Positions 47,880 to 56,972 of a stretch of 64,000 nt of DNA are shown piece after piece (positions within the stretch are counted from its first letter, which is position 1; every line of letters starts with the position of its first letter). Source of the DNA: Candidatus Aenigmatarchaeota archaeon (lineage in GTDB: Archaea > Aenigmatarchaeota > Aenigmatarchaeia > CG10238-14 > SCSR01); contig JAWADS010000001.1 in assembly GCA_038998625.1 (NCBI GenBank), positions 9,222-73,221 of the forward strand. Reading direction: 5' to 3'. A program made the position numbers and the translations under genes. A model generated the notes under the pieces. It saw only the letters and a program-made list of their open reading frames with translations. It was not told the DNA's origin and searched no databases.

Positions 47880-48461
47880 TTATAAAAAATAAGGTAGCAA
47901 CAATAAAAATGCAATCAAAATCATTAAAAACCATAACCATGGTTTCCATGCCACAATCTTACTTCCATCCAAGGGCGGAACAGGTAGCAGATTAAAAAAA
48001 GCTAACCAAGAGTTTATTAAACTCAAAAAATCAGCATAAGTTAAGGGTATTAATGTGAAAAGCAATGCAAAAGCAATGTTAACAGCTGGACCTGCAGCAG
48101 AAATTATTCCGGATTCTTTTAAAGTTAATCTTACTGCTCTATAGCCCCATCTTCCGAATCTGAAAGGAAAAATTACAACAGCACCTGGGGCAGCAAATTT
48201 AAATCTACCAAAAGTTATGATGGCCGTTAATAAACCTAAAACTAAGCCAAAAGGCCATACTTTAAATTGAGCATGGCATCCAAATTTTTTTGCTGTAAAT
48301 TTATGGGCCAATTCATGAAAAAGAAAACCTATTATTACAGCTATAAGATAAAGCAAAATTAAATCTACCCTTGAAAAAGCATGAGGATAAGAAAAAATAA
48401 TAGTTAGAGCAATAAGGGCAACGATAATATCTCTTATTTCATTTTTTTCAAAAATTTTCAT
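47880..48461 (-). CDS. M50-family intramembrane zinc metalloprotease
   Basis: FLFHELAHKF HExxH in TM helix; LDGSKI second motif. Confidence 0.6.
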   Translation of the reverse strand: MKIFEKNEIRDIIVALIALTIIFSYPHAFSRVDLILLYLIAVIIGFLFHELAHKFTAKKFGCHAQFKVWPFGLVLGLLTAIITFGRFKFAAPGAVVIFPFRFGRWGYRAVRLTLKESGIISAAGPAVNIAFALLFTLIPLTYADFLSLINSWLAFFNLLPVPPLDGSKIVAWKPWLWFLMILIAFLLLLPYFL

Positions 48462-48470
48462 ATTATTCCT

Positions 48471-49232
48471 TTATGTCAAAAAATATTTTAATGCTTCTTC
48501 AATATTTCCAACTTCTCTGATTTCTATTCCAGAAACTTCAGAAACCACCACTCTTTCTGGAACATATTCTATTCTGCAGTATGTAAATCTACCAATTCTT
48601 TTACAATCTTCTACAGGCTTATAATTGGTTTGCATTCCTTGTCCAGAAGGTACTAAAAATAGTTTTGCACCTATTTGTTTAGCAGCATTGGACTTTGCAA
48701 TTATTCCACCCACTGGTCCTATAGTGCCATCAAGATTAATAGTTCCTGTTATCATAACACTTTGATTAACACTTTTGTTCTGAATGGCAGCAATGGTTGC
48801 TATAGTCAATGCAGCTCCTGCTGAAGGTCCTTCTATAATGGTGGCTTCTGTTTCCACTGAATATATTAAATCAATTTTAGAAAGATCTGCTTTCGTAAGA
48901 TTTTGAGCCACATCTTTAGCTATTCTTATAGATTGTTGTGTATCTATCCAGAATAAAATTTGATTAATGTCTACAAGAACCCTTCCTTCCCCAGGCAAAA
49001 CTTCTACACTTAACTTAACTGGCACTCCATTTCCTTGATTATCTATTGCCGGTACAAAAAGACTTACTTTATTTTTTGTTATGTTAGTTATTTCAAAAGT
49101 TTTGTTAGCACTAATGAGCTGAGTGCCGATATTTTGATTGGATAAAATATTTACTAATTCTAGTCTAACGATGGATAAAATTATTAAGGAAATTAAAATT
49201 AGTGAAAAAGAAATAACGTTAATTTTTTTCAT
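48471..49232 (-). CDS. membrane-anchored Lon-like S16 peptidase-domain protein
   Basis: N-terminal TM; IEGPSAGAALTIATIAAI...ITGTINLDGTIGPVGGIIAK matches Lon proteolytic domain (Ser-Lys dyad). Confidence 0.6.
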   Translation of the reverse strand: MKKINVISFSLILISLIILSIVRLELVNILSNQNIGTQLISANKTFEITNITKNKVSLFVPAIDNQGNGVPVKLSVEVLPGEGRVLVDINQILFWIDTQQSIRIAKDVAQNLTKADLSKIDLIYSVETEATIIEGPSAGAALTIATIAAIQNKSVNQSVMITGTINLDGTIGPVGGIIAKSNAAKQIGAKLFLVPSGQGMQTNYKPVEDCKRIGRFTYCRIEYVPERVVVSEVSGIEIREVGNIEEALKYFLT

Positions 49233-49280
49233 ACGTATTTTAATCCTTTCTTCTCTATTTAAATTTTTTCATTAATTTTT

Positions 49281-49566
49281 TTAATAAAGAGAGCGGGAGT
49301 GCGCCCTTGGTTGTTACATATCTATAAACTATTTAACCCAAATCCCCTTCTCAGCTCAGTGACTTTCAAGCACCACACTAACTAGCTTATGGCTGCTTGG
49401 TTCCCCACCTGACCAGGTTCGCTAGTTAGTTGGCCCTGAAAGGCTGAGCCTCTTAGTTAGAGATTTGGAATAGCCTATAGATATGTACCGCCCAAAGGCT
49501 TCGACTCGGCCATCAGGACCATTTGCCGATGTAGGCGAGGCCCAGCCGCCCAGGTCTAACTCCCGC
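49281..49566 (-). ncRNA. signal recognition particle RNA (7S/SRP RNA)
   Basis: Minus strand contains CCTGGTCAGGTGGGGAACCAAGCAGCCATAAGC, matching the universally conserved SRP helix-8 motif (compare E. coli 4.5S CCAGGUCAGGUCCGGAAGGAAGCAGCC); 5' GCGGGAG pairs with 3' CTCCCGC; about 286 nt and GC-rich relative to surroundings. Confidence 0.7.
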
Positions 49567-49599
49567 AAAAGAAAATATACTTTCAACCAACTTAAATGT

Positions 49600-50754
49600 T
49601 TAACTTTTAAGAACTTTTTCAATTCTATTCATAGCTTCTTCAATCTTTTCATAGGCAGTAGCATAGCTTAACCTAACAAAACCCTCCCCATATTTTCCAA
49701 ATTCTGTCCCTGCCACAATGATAACCTTTGCTTTTTCAAAAATGAAATCTACAAATTTTTTCGACCTCATATTAAATGCTTCAATATTTGGAAAAACATA
49801 AAATGCGCCCTTCGGCATATTGAAGCGCACCCCTGGAATTTCTGATAATCTTTTACAAATCATTTTTCTTCTTCTATCATACTCCTTCCTCATTTTTTCT
49901 ACATAATTTCTGCATTTTTTTAAAGCTTCAACTGCAGCTAATTGATAAGCTGTGGGGGCAGATATAGTTGTTGCTAGTTTAAATTCCTTCATCTCCTTTA
50001 TAATTTCCTTTTTTGCTACAGCATAGCCCACTCTAAATCCACACATGGCATAAGATTTAGAGAAAGTTTGTGTGGTAATGGCATAATCAAACATTCCATT
50101 CAAACTAGCTAAGCTAATATGTTTTGTATTTTCATAAGTCAGTTTTTCATATGCTTCATCAACTAAAACAAAAATATCCTTATCCACCACAATATCAGCA
50201 ATTTCTTCCAAAGTTTTCTTGTTAAGCACATTACCAGTAGGATTAGAGGGAGTATTTATTATTAAAAGTTTTGTTTTTTTAGAAATCAGTTTTTTTAGCT
50301 CTTCACAATTAACTTCAAAACCATCTTCTTCCCTCAACTTTAAATCAACGGGAATTCCGCCTAGCATTTCCACTACTGGCCTATATGCTAAATAACCTGG
50401 ATTAGGAATTATTACTTCTTCTTTTGGATTTACTAAAGTTAAAACAGAAAGTAAAATAGCTTCTTTTGATCCCGTTGTTATAATAATTTCGTCAGGTGTA
50501 GCATCAATTTTATTTTCTTTTTTTAATTTTTCAGAGATGGCTTCCCGCAATTCTTTTTTGCCTTGTAGTGGAGCATAATGGGTAAATCCTTTTTTCAAAA
50601 ATTTATTAGCAGCATCCACAACAACTTTTGGGGCTGGAAAATCTGGCTCTCCAGCTCCTAGAGAAATTATATCCTTTCTTTGTTCCATTATTCTCAAGCT
50701 TTCTTCAATTTTACTAGGGCCCACAACTTTTGTTCTAAAAGCTAGTTCAGGCAT
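49600..50754 (-). CDS. PLP-dependent aminotransferase class I/II (aspartate aminotransferase-like)
   Basis: SFSKSYAMCGFRVGY (PLP Lys motif), NPSNPTG, about 384 aa. Confidence 0.75.
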   Translation of the reverse strand: MPELAFRTKVVGPSKIEESLRIMEQRKDIISLGAGEPDFPAPKVVVDAANKFLKKGFTHYAPLQGKKELREAISEKLKKENKIDATPDEIIITTGSKEAILLSVLTLVNPKEEVIIPNPGYLAYRPVVEMLGGIPVDLKLREEDGFEVNCEELKKLISKKTKLLIINTPSNPTGNVLNKKTLEEIADIVVDKDIFVLVDEAYEKLTYENTKHISLASLNGMFDYAITTQTFSKSYAMCGFRVGYAVAKKEIIKEMKEFKLATTISAPTAYQLAAVEALKKCRNYVEKMRKEYDRRRKMICKRLSEIPGVRFNMPKGAFYVFPNIEAFNMRSKKFVDFIFEKAKVIIVAGTEFGKYGEGFVRLSYATAYEKIEEAMNRIEKVLKS

Positions 50755-50789
50755 AATTATTATTTTTTCTTTTCTTTCAATAATAGATT

Positions 50790-52160
50790 ATGAGCTTAGA
50801 ATATTTTTTTAATCCGCAAACAGTGGCAATAATAGGAGCTAGCCATAAGCCAGGAAAAATTGGTTATACAATTCTCGATAATTTTGTAAATGGTGGTTTT
50901 CAAGGCAAAGTTTATCCTGTAAATCCCAACACAGAGCCAATATTAAATTTAAAAGTTTACCCTTCCATTAAAAAGGTTCCCGATTATATTGATTTGGCGG
51001 TAATTGCTGTAAAAGCTGAAATTGTTCCGAAAGTTTTGAAAGAATGCGTGGAGAAAAAAGTAAAGGCTGTAGTAATAATTTCCAGCGGATTTTCTGAGAT
51101 TGGCGAAAAGGGAAAGAAATTGGAAGAAAAATTAAGAAAAATTATAAAAAATAAATCGATTAGGGTAATTGGTCCAAATGTTATTGGTGTTTATGATTCT
51201 TCCACAAAAACAGACACCTTATTTTTATCAAGGGAAAAATTGAAAAGGCCAAAGGAAGGAGGTCTTTCTTTTATATCACAATCAGGAGCAGTAGGATCTA
51301 CAATTTTAGACATCCTTGCAAAAGAAAATATGGGTATAGCTAAGTTTATTTCTTATGGCAATGCTATTGATGTAAACGAAGCTGATTTAATTGAATATCT
51401 TGCTAAAGATGAAAAAACAAAAGTTATCGCAGTTTATTTAGAAGGAATAAAAGCAGATGGTAAAAAATTTATGGAGGTTGTAAGGAAGGCTAACAAAGTA
51501 AAACCAATAATCTTTTTGAAATCTGGAAAAAGTTTTCGAGGAATTAAGGCTGCAGCTAGCCATACTGGTGTCTTGGCAGGAAGTGCAAGAATTTTTTCTG
51601 CAGCCCTAAGGCAAGTTAGAGCTTTGGAAGCAAAGGAGTGGGAAGAATTTTTTGATGCTTGCAAGGTTTTGAATTCTCAACCATTACCTAAAGGCAAGGA
51701 AGTGATTATCATAACAAATGGTGGAGGTTTCGGGGTTTTAGCTACGGATGAGGCAGAAAAATTAGGTTTAGAATTGAAAGATCTATCTAAAAATTTAAAG
51801 GAAAAATTGAAAAAAAATTTTCCTGAATATGTAAGTTTTAGCAACCCATTAGATTTAACAGGTGATACCACAACAGAAAGATATAAAATTGCCTTAGAAA
51901 ACTGCCTGAAGGAATTTGATGGAGCTATTGTAATAATTTTATTTCAAGTTCCAACTTTGGATGAAAGCATTGTTGATGTTGTGGCTGAAATGCAAAAATT
52001 CAAAAAACCAATAGTTTGCTGTACTGCTGGTGGCAAATACACTGAAAAAATGATGGAAAGATTAGAAGAGAAAGGTCTGCCAGTTTTTAGTTCTCCAGAA
52101 AGAGCAGTAAGAAGTTATAATTTTTTAGTAAGGAGATTTTTACAAACCAAAAAACGATAA
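50790..52160 (+). CDS. acetyl-CoA synthetase (ADP-forming) alpha subunit / CoA-binding domain protein
   Basis: N-terminal CoA-binding VAIIGAS...GYTI; AASHTGVLAGS phosphohistidine loop; about 456 aa. Confidence 0.7.
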   Translation: MSLEYFFNPQTVAIIGASHKPGKIGYTILDNFVNGGFQGKVYPVNPNTEPILNLKVYPSIKKVPDYIDLAVIAVKAEIVPKVLKECVEKKVKAVVIISSGFSEIGEKGKKLEEKLRKIIKNKSIRVIGPNVIGVYDSSTKTDTLFLSREKLKRPKEGGLSFISQSGAVGSTILDILAKENMGIAKFISYGNAIDVNEADLIEYLAKDEKTKVIAVYLEGIKADGKKFMEVVRKANKVKPIIFLKSGKSFRGIKAAASHTGVLAGSARIFSAALRQVRALEAKEWEEFFDACKVLNSQPLPKGKEVIIITNGGGFGVLATDEAEKLGLELKDLSKNLKEKLKKNFPEYVSFSNPLDLTGDTTTERYKIALENCLKEFDGAIVIILFQVPTLDESIVDVVAEMQKFKKPIVCCTAGGKYTEKMMERLEEKGLPVFSSPERAVRSYNFLVRRFLQTKKR

Positions 52161-52212
52161 GCTTTATATACTTTTATTTTTCATTAGTATAGAAATATAG
52201 GTGAACGATAAA

Positions 52213-52320
52213 ATGGCAAGACAATACGAAGATGAGGAAGAGTCGGAAGAGTCTGAAGAATCTGAGGAGGAAGAGTGGGAAGAAGAAACTTCTGAAAGTT
52301 TCGACGAAGATTGGGAATAA
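52213..52320 (+). CDS. putative 35-aa highly acidic micro-protein
   Basis: ATG preceded by aGGTGAacgataaa; encodes MARQYEDEEESEESEESEEEEWEEETSESFDEDWE; not in ORF track (under 60 aa). Confidence 0.25.
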   Translation: MARQYEDEEESEESEESEEEEWEEETSESFDEDWE

Positions 52321-52515
52321 ATTTTTTGTATTTTTTTCTTTTTTAATTTTTCGGTAATTTTCTTTTTTGCGATAGATTATTTTTTACACAACAATAATTC
52401 TTGATGGCTTTTTTAGTACTTATATATGTAGTCATTATTTGATGGCGACATTTATAAGGAATACCATAATGGTTTTAAAACCTTACATCTAACTTTATTT
52501 TAGGTGATATAGAAA

Positions 52516-52803
52516 ATGGCAGTATTTGGAGGTTTAGTTGACCTCGGTGTTGCCATTCTATTGGTTGCAGCTTTAGCAGAATACTTTAAGTTTAGAGGTA
52601 AGGCAGACAAAGGATTTTCTTGGTTGGCTGTATCAGGAGTTTTCTTCGTCTTTGCAGGAACCTTCGGAACAGCAACCACATTAGGTTCATATATAGGATC
52701 TGCTGCTTGGGGAGGACTAGGGCAACTCTTTGAGGTCTTGGGTTGGTTGTTCGCACTAGTAGGAACAATATTTGTTGCCTATCAAACCCTAGTGGAGAGA
52801 TAG
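52516..52803 (+). CDS. small membrane protein (3 TM), hypothetical
   Basis: 95 aa; Gly/Ala-rich TM helices. Confidence 0.35.
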   Translation: MAVFGGLVDLGVAILLVAALAEYFKFRGKADKGFSWLAVSGVFFVFAGTFGTATTLGSYIGSAAWGGLGQLFEVLGWLFALVGTIFVAYQTLVER

Positions 52804-52919
52804 GCCAAATTTGATTTTTCCCTTTTTCCCCCTTTTTCTTTATTCTGGTTTCTATACAACACAATAATTTCATTGAAAGCTGAATTGTTTAAATTGTCAA
52901 AAAACAAATTAATAATCAA

Positions 52920-53855
52920 ATGAATAATCGAATGCCTTTGATTATTGGAGTCCTTTCAGGTAAGGGTGGAGTGGGGAAAACTACTTTGGTATCAAATTTA
53001 GGCGCATCCTTGGCAAAAGATTTTAACAAAAAAATTATTGTTGTTGACGGAAATATTTCCGCTTCACATCTAGGTTTGCATTTAAATCTTTATGAAGATT
53101 TTAAATTTACTTTAAAAGATGTTTTAGATGGAAAAGCTCCTGTTCAACATGCAATTTATATTCATCCAAATACAGGCTTAAGGGTTTTGACGGCCCCTCT
53201 AAAAGGAGAAAATGTTAAATTAGAAAAAATTGGTAGAGTTTTGAATCAGTTGAAGAATGATTATAATCTTATTCTTGTGGATACTGCTCCTGGATTGGGT
53301 AGAGAAGTTTTAACAGTGGCAAGACATTTGGATGGCGGCATTATAGTGACAACTCCAGATTTTCCAGCAGTAAGTGATGCTTTAAGAACTATAAAAATTT
53401 TAAAGAAAATTGGTGTAGATATTCTTGGAATAATTTTAAACAGAGTTAATGAAGAGAAATATGAATTAACAGAAAGCGAAGTGGAATCAACTTGTGAATA
53501 TCCTTGCGCATTGGTTATTCCCGAAGATAAAAATGTACCTGCATCTATAGCAAAAGGAATACCATTAGTCATAGAAAAACCTAATTCTAATGCTTCTATA
53601 GCAATAAAAAAATTGGCAGCAGCCCTAATGGGAGTGGAATATCAACCAAAGAATTTTTTATACAGAGTGAAGAGATTTTTTGGTTTAGTTGACATGCAAA
53701 TACCAAAGATTGTATTACCTGCCCCAAAGAAAGTTAAGTACAAAGCAATAGGGAAAAAAGAAAAAATGAGAGAGGAATTAAGAAAAGATATAAAGGAAGA
53801 ATTGAAAAAAGAATTAATTAGAAGATTGAGAGAAAAAATGGCAGAGAAGGAATGA
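52920..53855 (+). CDS. MinD/ParA-family P-loop ATPase with Lys/Glu-rich C-terminal tail
   Basis: Deviant Walker A GVLSGKGGVGKTT; LILVDTAPGL Walker B; 311 aa. Confidence 0.75.
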   Translation: MNNRMPLIIGVLSGKGGVGKTTLVSNLGASLAKDFNKKIIVVDGNISASHLGLHLNLYEDFKFTLKDVLDGKAPVQHAIYIHPNTGLRVLTAPLKGENVKLEKIGRVLNQLKNDYNLILVDTAPGLGREVLTVARHLDGGIIVTTPDFPAVSDALRTIKILKKIGVDILGIILNRVNEEKYELTESEVESTCEYPCALVIPEDKNVPASIAKGIPLVIEKPNSNASIAIKKLAAALMGVEYQPKNFLYRVKRFFGLVDMQIPKIVLPAPKKVKYKAIGKKEKMREELRKDIKEELKKELIRRLREKMAEKE

Positions 53856-54226
53856 AGATGATGCCAAAAACTGAAAATCTTTTGGATAAGCTAGCGGATG
53901 AGATAGCAGAATTAGCTACTAATTCTGAAAAAATAGAAAGAGTTATGAAGATTTTAGAAGAGCAAGATGCCATAGAAAAGAGAAATTCAAATGATATAAT
54001 TAATTTAAAAGAAAAAATTTCAATTCTTGAAGGCAAGCTTAACAAATTCCTAGAGGATTTTAAGATTTCTGTTGTGGAAGCTGAAAGAGAAATTACAGAA
54101 AGACATGAAAAAATCTTAAATGATATGGATAAGCAAATTGTTCGATTGCAGAGTCAGATAGAAGATTTGCGCACAGCAATTATAAGAATTAGCAATGAAG
54201 TAAAAAATCTGAAAGAAAGATTATAG
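53852..54226 (+). CDS. coiled-coil protein, hypothetical (overlaps the MinD-like gene stop)
   Basis: 124 aa, continuous heptads. Confidence 0.35.
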   Translation: MKMMPKTENLLDKLADEIAELATNSEKIERVMKILEEQDAIEKRNSNDIINLKEKISILEGKLNKFLEDFKISVVEAEREITERHEKILNDMDKQIVRLQSQIEDLRTAIIRISNEVKNLKERL

Positions 54227-54241
54227 ATTTATTTTGATTAT

Positions 54242-55009
54242 TCAAGAAATATATCTTAAAATCTTCAAGTAATTTTTTGTTAACCTATCTTTTAGGGCAC
54301 CTAACTTCTTTTTAATTATTTTATCTTTTGAATAACGAATTCCGTAGTTGAAAATTTTTATCCATTGTCTAGGATTTCGTACTAATTTACTTTTCAAAAG
54401 TCCTCCACCTCTTGGTAAAATTGGTATCGAAATTTCTCCTACTTTTAAGCCATGCTCAAGCGCCTTAAGGTTCATTTCTGTTTCTATGAGAAAGTCATTC
54501 GACTTTAGTTTCAACATCCTAAAACTATTTTTTCTTATTGCTCTAAAACCTGCGAGTGGATCTCCTTTTACATTAAAGCCAAGAATTTTAAAGAAACCTT
54601 TCATAAAAGGCATATATATAGAAAATATAAACTTGTACTTCCTATCCGAGTGTTTATTTTTCAAGTTTCTGGAAGCTAAAACTAAGTCATATTTTTCAAG
54701 CTTATCAATAAGTTTAGGAATATACTCAGGAGGATCCGTTCCATCACCATCCAAGAATATTAATTTATCACCTCTTGCAAATTTTGCACCTATTTTCATA
54801 GCATACCCTTTCCCTCTTTTCTTGATTTTTATGACCCTCGCTCCTAATCTTTTGGCAATAATAGGCGTCATATCTTTGGAAGAATCTACAACTATTATTT
54901 CGGAATTCTTTTTAATCTTATTCGGAATAGAACAAAGAACTTTTGCTATAGATTCCTCTTCGTTACATGTTGGAATAATTATAGATATAGGAATTTTTAC
55001 TCTATTCAT
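54242..55009 (-). CDS. family 2 glycosyltransferase
   Basis: IIIPTCNEEESI, VVDSSKD, FLDGDGTD (DxD) motifs. Confidence 0.7.
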   Translation of the reverse strand: MNRVKIPISIIIPTCNEEESIAKVLCSIPNKIKKNSEIIVVDSSKDMTPIIAKRLGARVIKIKKRGKGYAMKIGAKFARGDKLIFLDGDGTDPPEYIPKLIDKLEKYDLVLASRNLKNKHSDRKYKFIFSIYMPFMKGFFKILGFNVKGDPLAGFRAIRKNSFRMLKLKSNDFLIETEMNLKALEHGLKVGEISIPILPRGGGLLKSKLVRNPRQWIKIFNYGIRYSKDKIIKKKLGALKDRLTKNYLKILRYIS

Positions 55010-55122
55010 GATTTTTATTTAAATTGAGATAATAAAAAATTTGAAGGAAACTCTTTATCTTTTTACATATTTTTCATTTTGATACAAATTTCCATACTAT
55101 ATTGTTTAAAAATTTACATCAA

Positions 55123-55266
55123 TGCAGGGGGTGGGATTTGAACCCACGAAGGCACTAAGCCACGAGGTTTCTTATCTTCATCCTATCAGAGCTCAAGTAA
55201 ACCTCTATCTTGAGCTTCGCGCAACTTTAAAATCTCGCGCCATTGACCAGGCTAGGCGACCCCTGC
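55123..55266 (-). tRNA. tRNA-Leu(CAA) with about 58 nt of intron sequence (probably two introns flanking the anticodon loop)
   Basis: GCAGGGG-TC-GCC-TAGCCTGGTCAAT-GGC (Leu-type D arm)...CTCAAGA anticodon loop...TGGCTTAGTGCCTTC long variable arm-GTGGG-TTCAAAT-CCCAC-CCCCTGC-A; 144 nt against about 86 expected. Confidence 0.55.
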
Positions 55267-55314
55267 ATGCAATAGTAGAACACTTTAATAAATATTTTTT
55301 TCATTTAAAAAGTC

Positions 55315-55932
55315 TTATTCCTCAACAACTCCCAGGCCAGATCTAAGTTGTTCTATCTGACTTTTGAGGTCTGCTAGTGTGGCTTCTATGCTGGCTACTT
55401 CTTCCATATGGGGAAGTAATTCTTCTCTAAAGCCGCTAGGTCTTAGCAACTCAGAATCCAAATCCAAAATTTTTTGCTCAATTTTCTCTAAAGATTCTTG
55501 CACTAACTTTGAATTTTCTTCTCTAAGTTTATCTAATTCATTTAAAACAGCTAGGCTGTTTTTTAAAAGAACAATAGAAGTTTTCAATTGGGCCAAATGG
55601 TTTAAAATCTGTTTATATCTATCCAATTTAACAAAAAGAGGTGCAGTTAAAACTTTTTCATGTTTCTCTTTTTCTATTTTTTCTCTATGTACTAGAGGCT
55701 GAGTTTTTGTTTCTACTTTTGTTTCTACTTTTAGTGGAACTTTAACTTCTATTGAGGGTTCTTCCCCAGAAACTTCTTGTTGCTTGACCTCTAATTGTTT
55801 TTGCGGTTCTGATTTTATAGGCTCTGTTTTTTGCTCATTTTGTAATTTCATTATTTCTTCAATGGTAGGCAGCTTAATGTTTTCTTCTACCGGAGGAGCC
55901 GAAGTCTCTTTTTTCTTCCTTCCAAATATCAT
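55315..55932 (-). CDS. coiled-coil protein, hypothetical
   Basis: 205 aa; N-terminal low-complexity KE-rich region then heptads. Confidence 0.35.
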   Translation of the reverse strand: MIFGRKKKETSAPPVEENIKLPTIEEIMKLQNEQKTEPIKSEPQKQLEVKQQEVSGEEPSIEVKVPLKVETKVETKTQPLVHREKIEKEKHEKVLTAPLFVKLDRYKQILNHLAQLKTSIVLLKNSLAVLNELDKLREENSKLVQESLEKIEQKILDLDSELLRPSGFREELLPHMEEVASIEATLADLKSQIEQLRSGLGVVEE

Positions 55933-56008
55933 TGGTATCCTTAATTTCTTATTTCATTTTTTTAGATATAAGTTTTTGTTTTTACTTTCAACGATAAAAA
56001 TTTTGAAA

Positions 56009-56094
56009 TGCGCCAGCCGGGATTTGAACCCGGGCCCTAAGCTTGGCAAGCTTCCACAACTTTTTATGTCCTAACCAGGCTAGACTACTGGCGC
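56009..56094 (-). tRNA. tRNA-Gly(GCC) with predicted 12-nt intron in the 5' half of the anticodon stem
   Basis: GCGCCAG-TA-GTCT-AGCCTGGTTA-GGAC-A-TA[aaaagttgtgga]AGC-TTGCCAA-GCTTA-GGGC-CCGGG-TTCAAAT-CCCGG-CTGGCGC-A. Confidence 0.6.
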
Positions 56095-56105
56095 TCACCA
56101 AATTA

Positions 56106-56399
56106 TCAACCAAATATATTACCAAATCCAATATTAGCTTTATTCTCTTCTTCTTTAATTTTTCTTATTACTTTATTCTCTTCTTCTTTATTTAGAGGTT
56201 TAGATAAATCTTTAGTCGAATCTATAGCTCTTTTACACTGCTCTTCTGTCCCAGAAATATAACAGTAATGACCTTCTTTGTTTAGCAGAGTTTTAGCATC
56301 TTTAAAAATTATGCTTGCCCTTGATACAATATCATCTTTAAGTAAGATTTCCCTAACTTTTTGCAGATTTTTATTATCAATTAAAAGTACTATTTCCAT
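56106..56399 (-). CDS. hypothetical protein
   Basis: 97-aa ORF. Confidence 0.3.
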   Translation of the reverse strand: MEIVLLIDNKNLQKVREILLKDDIVSRASIIFKDAKTLLNKEGHYCYISGTEEQCKRAIDSTKDLSKPLNKEEENKVIRKIKEEENKANIGFGNIFG

Positions 56400-56813
56400 A
56401 AAATTTTCTCCTTAATTACTATTTATCACTATTTTGTTATAAAAAGCTTTAAGTTTTCGTAAGATTTAAAAGGCTTATTTTTCAAATAAGAATTTAAGAC
56501 CAAACATGTTAACAAAAATAATAGGGTTGTATTTAATATTTGATGGGATAGTAAGCTGGCTGATATATAAAAGGCAGAAAATACTAATATTGGGCAAAAA
56601 GATTGTATCACTTTATCCCTTTAGCAAACATCATAAGATAAGAAACAAGGGAATAGTTAAAACAGTAAAACAAGATTTAAACGAGCACCTACCTAGATTC
56701 TTTAGAGTAATACTAGGCTTTACTTTGGTAGTTACACCTCTACCAATATAATATCCTGAATTCTTGTTTCCAGTGAGAGGTTTGCCTTTTTCTTCTATTT
56801 TTTAATTTTCAAA

Positions 56814-56899
56814 AGCCCCGAGTGGGATTTGAACCCACGACCCAGTGCTTACGAGGCACTTAAGCTTAAATTTGCTCTACCAGACTGAGCTATCGGGGC
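56814..56899 (-). tRNA. tRNA-Thr(CGU) with predicted 12-nt intron between D arm and anticodon stem
   Basis: GCCCCGA-TA-GCTC-AGTCTGGTA-GAGC-A-[aatttaagctta]-AGTGC-CTCGTAA-GCACT-GGGTC-GTGGG-TTCAAAT-CCCAC-TCGGGGC-T. Confidence 0.6.
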
Positions 56900-56972
56900 G
56901 AAGAGTTGTGCACATGAAATTATAATATCTTTCGAAGCGATATTTATTTATAGCCATATTTTTGGTGATCTT

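Noticed and set aside
49422-49671. Two small ORFs (49422-49622 minus strand, 49483-49671 plus strand)
   Set aside because: Both overlap the SRP RNA gene; GC-rich structured RNA commonly yields spurious ORFs
52380-52875. Short motif acaacaataattc / acaacacaataatttc flanking the small membrane-protein gene (52516-52803)
   Set aside because: Only two imperfect copies of about 13 nt in AT-rich DNA; could be chance or a promoter or terminator motif, not enough to call
55122-55346. 74-aa plus-strand ORF
   Set aside because: Overlaps the tRNA-Leu gene on the opposite strand; no coding signal
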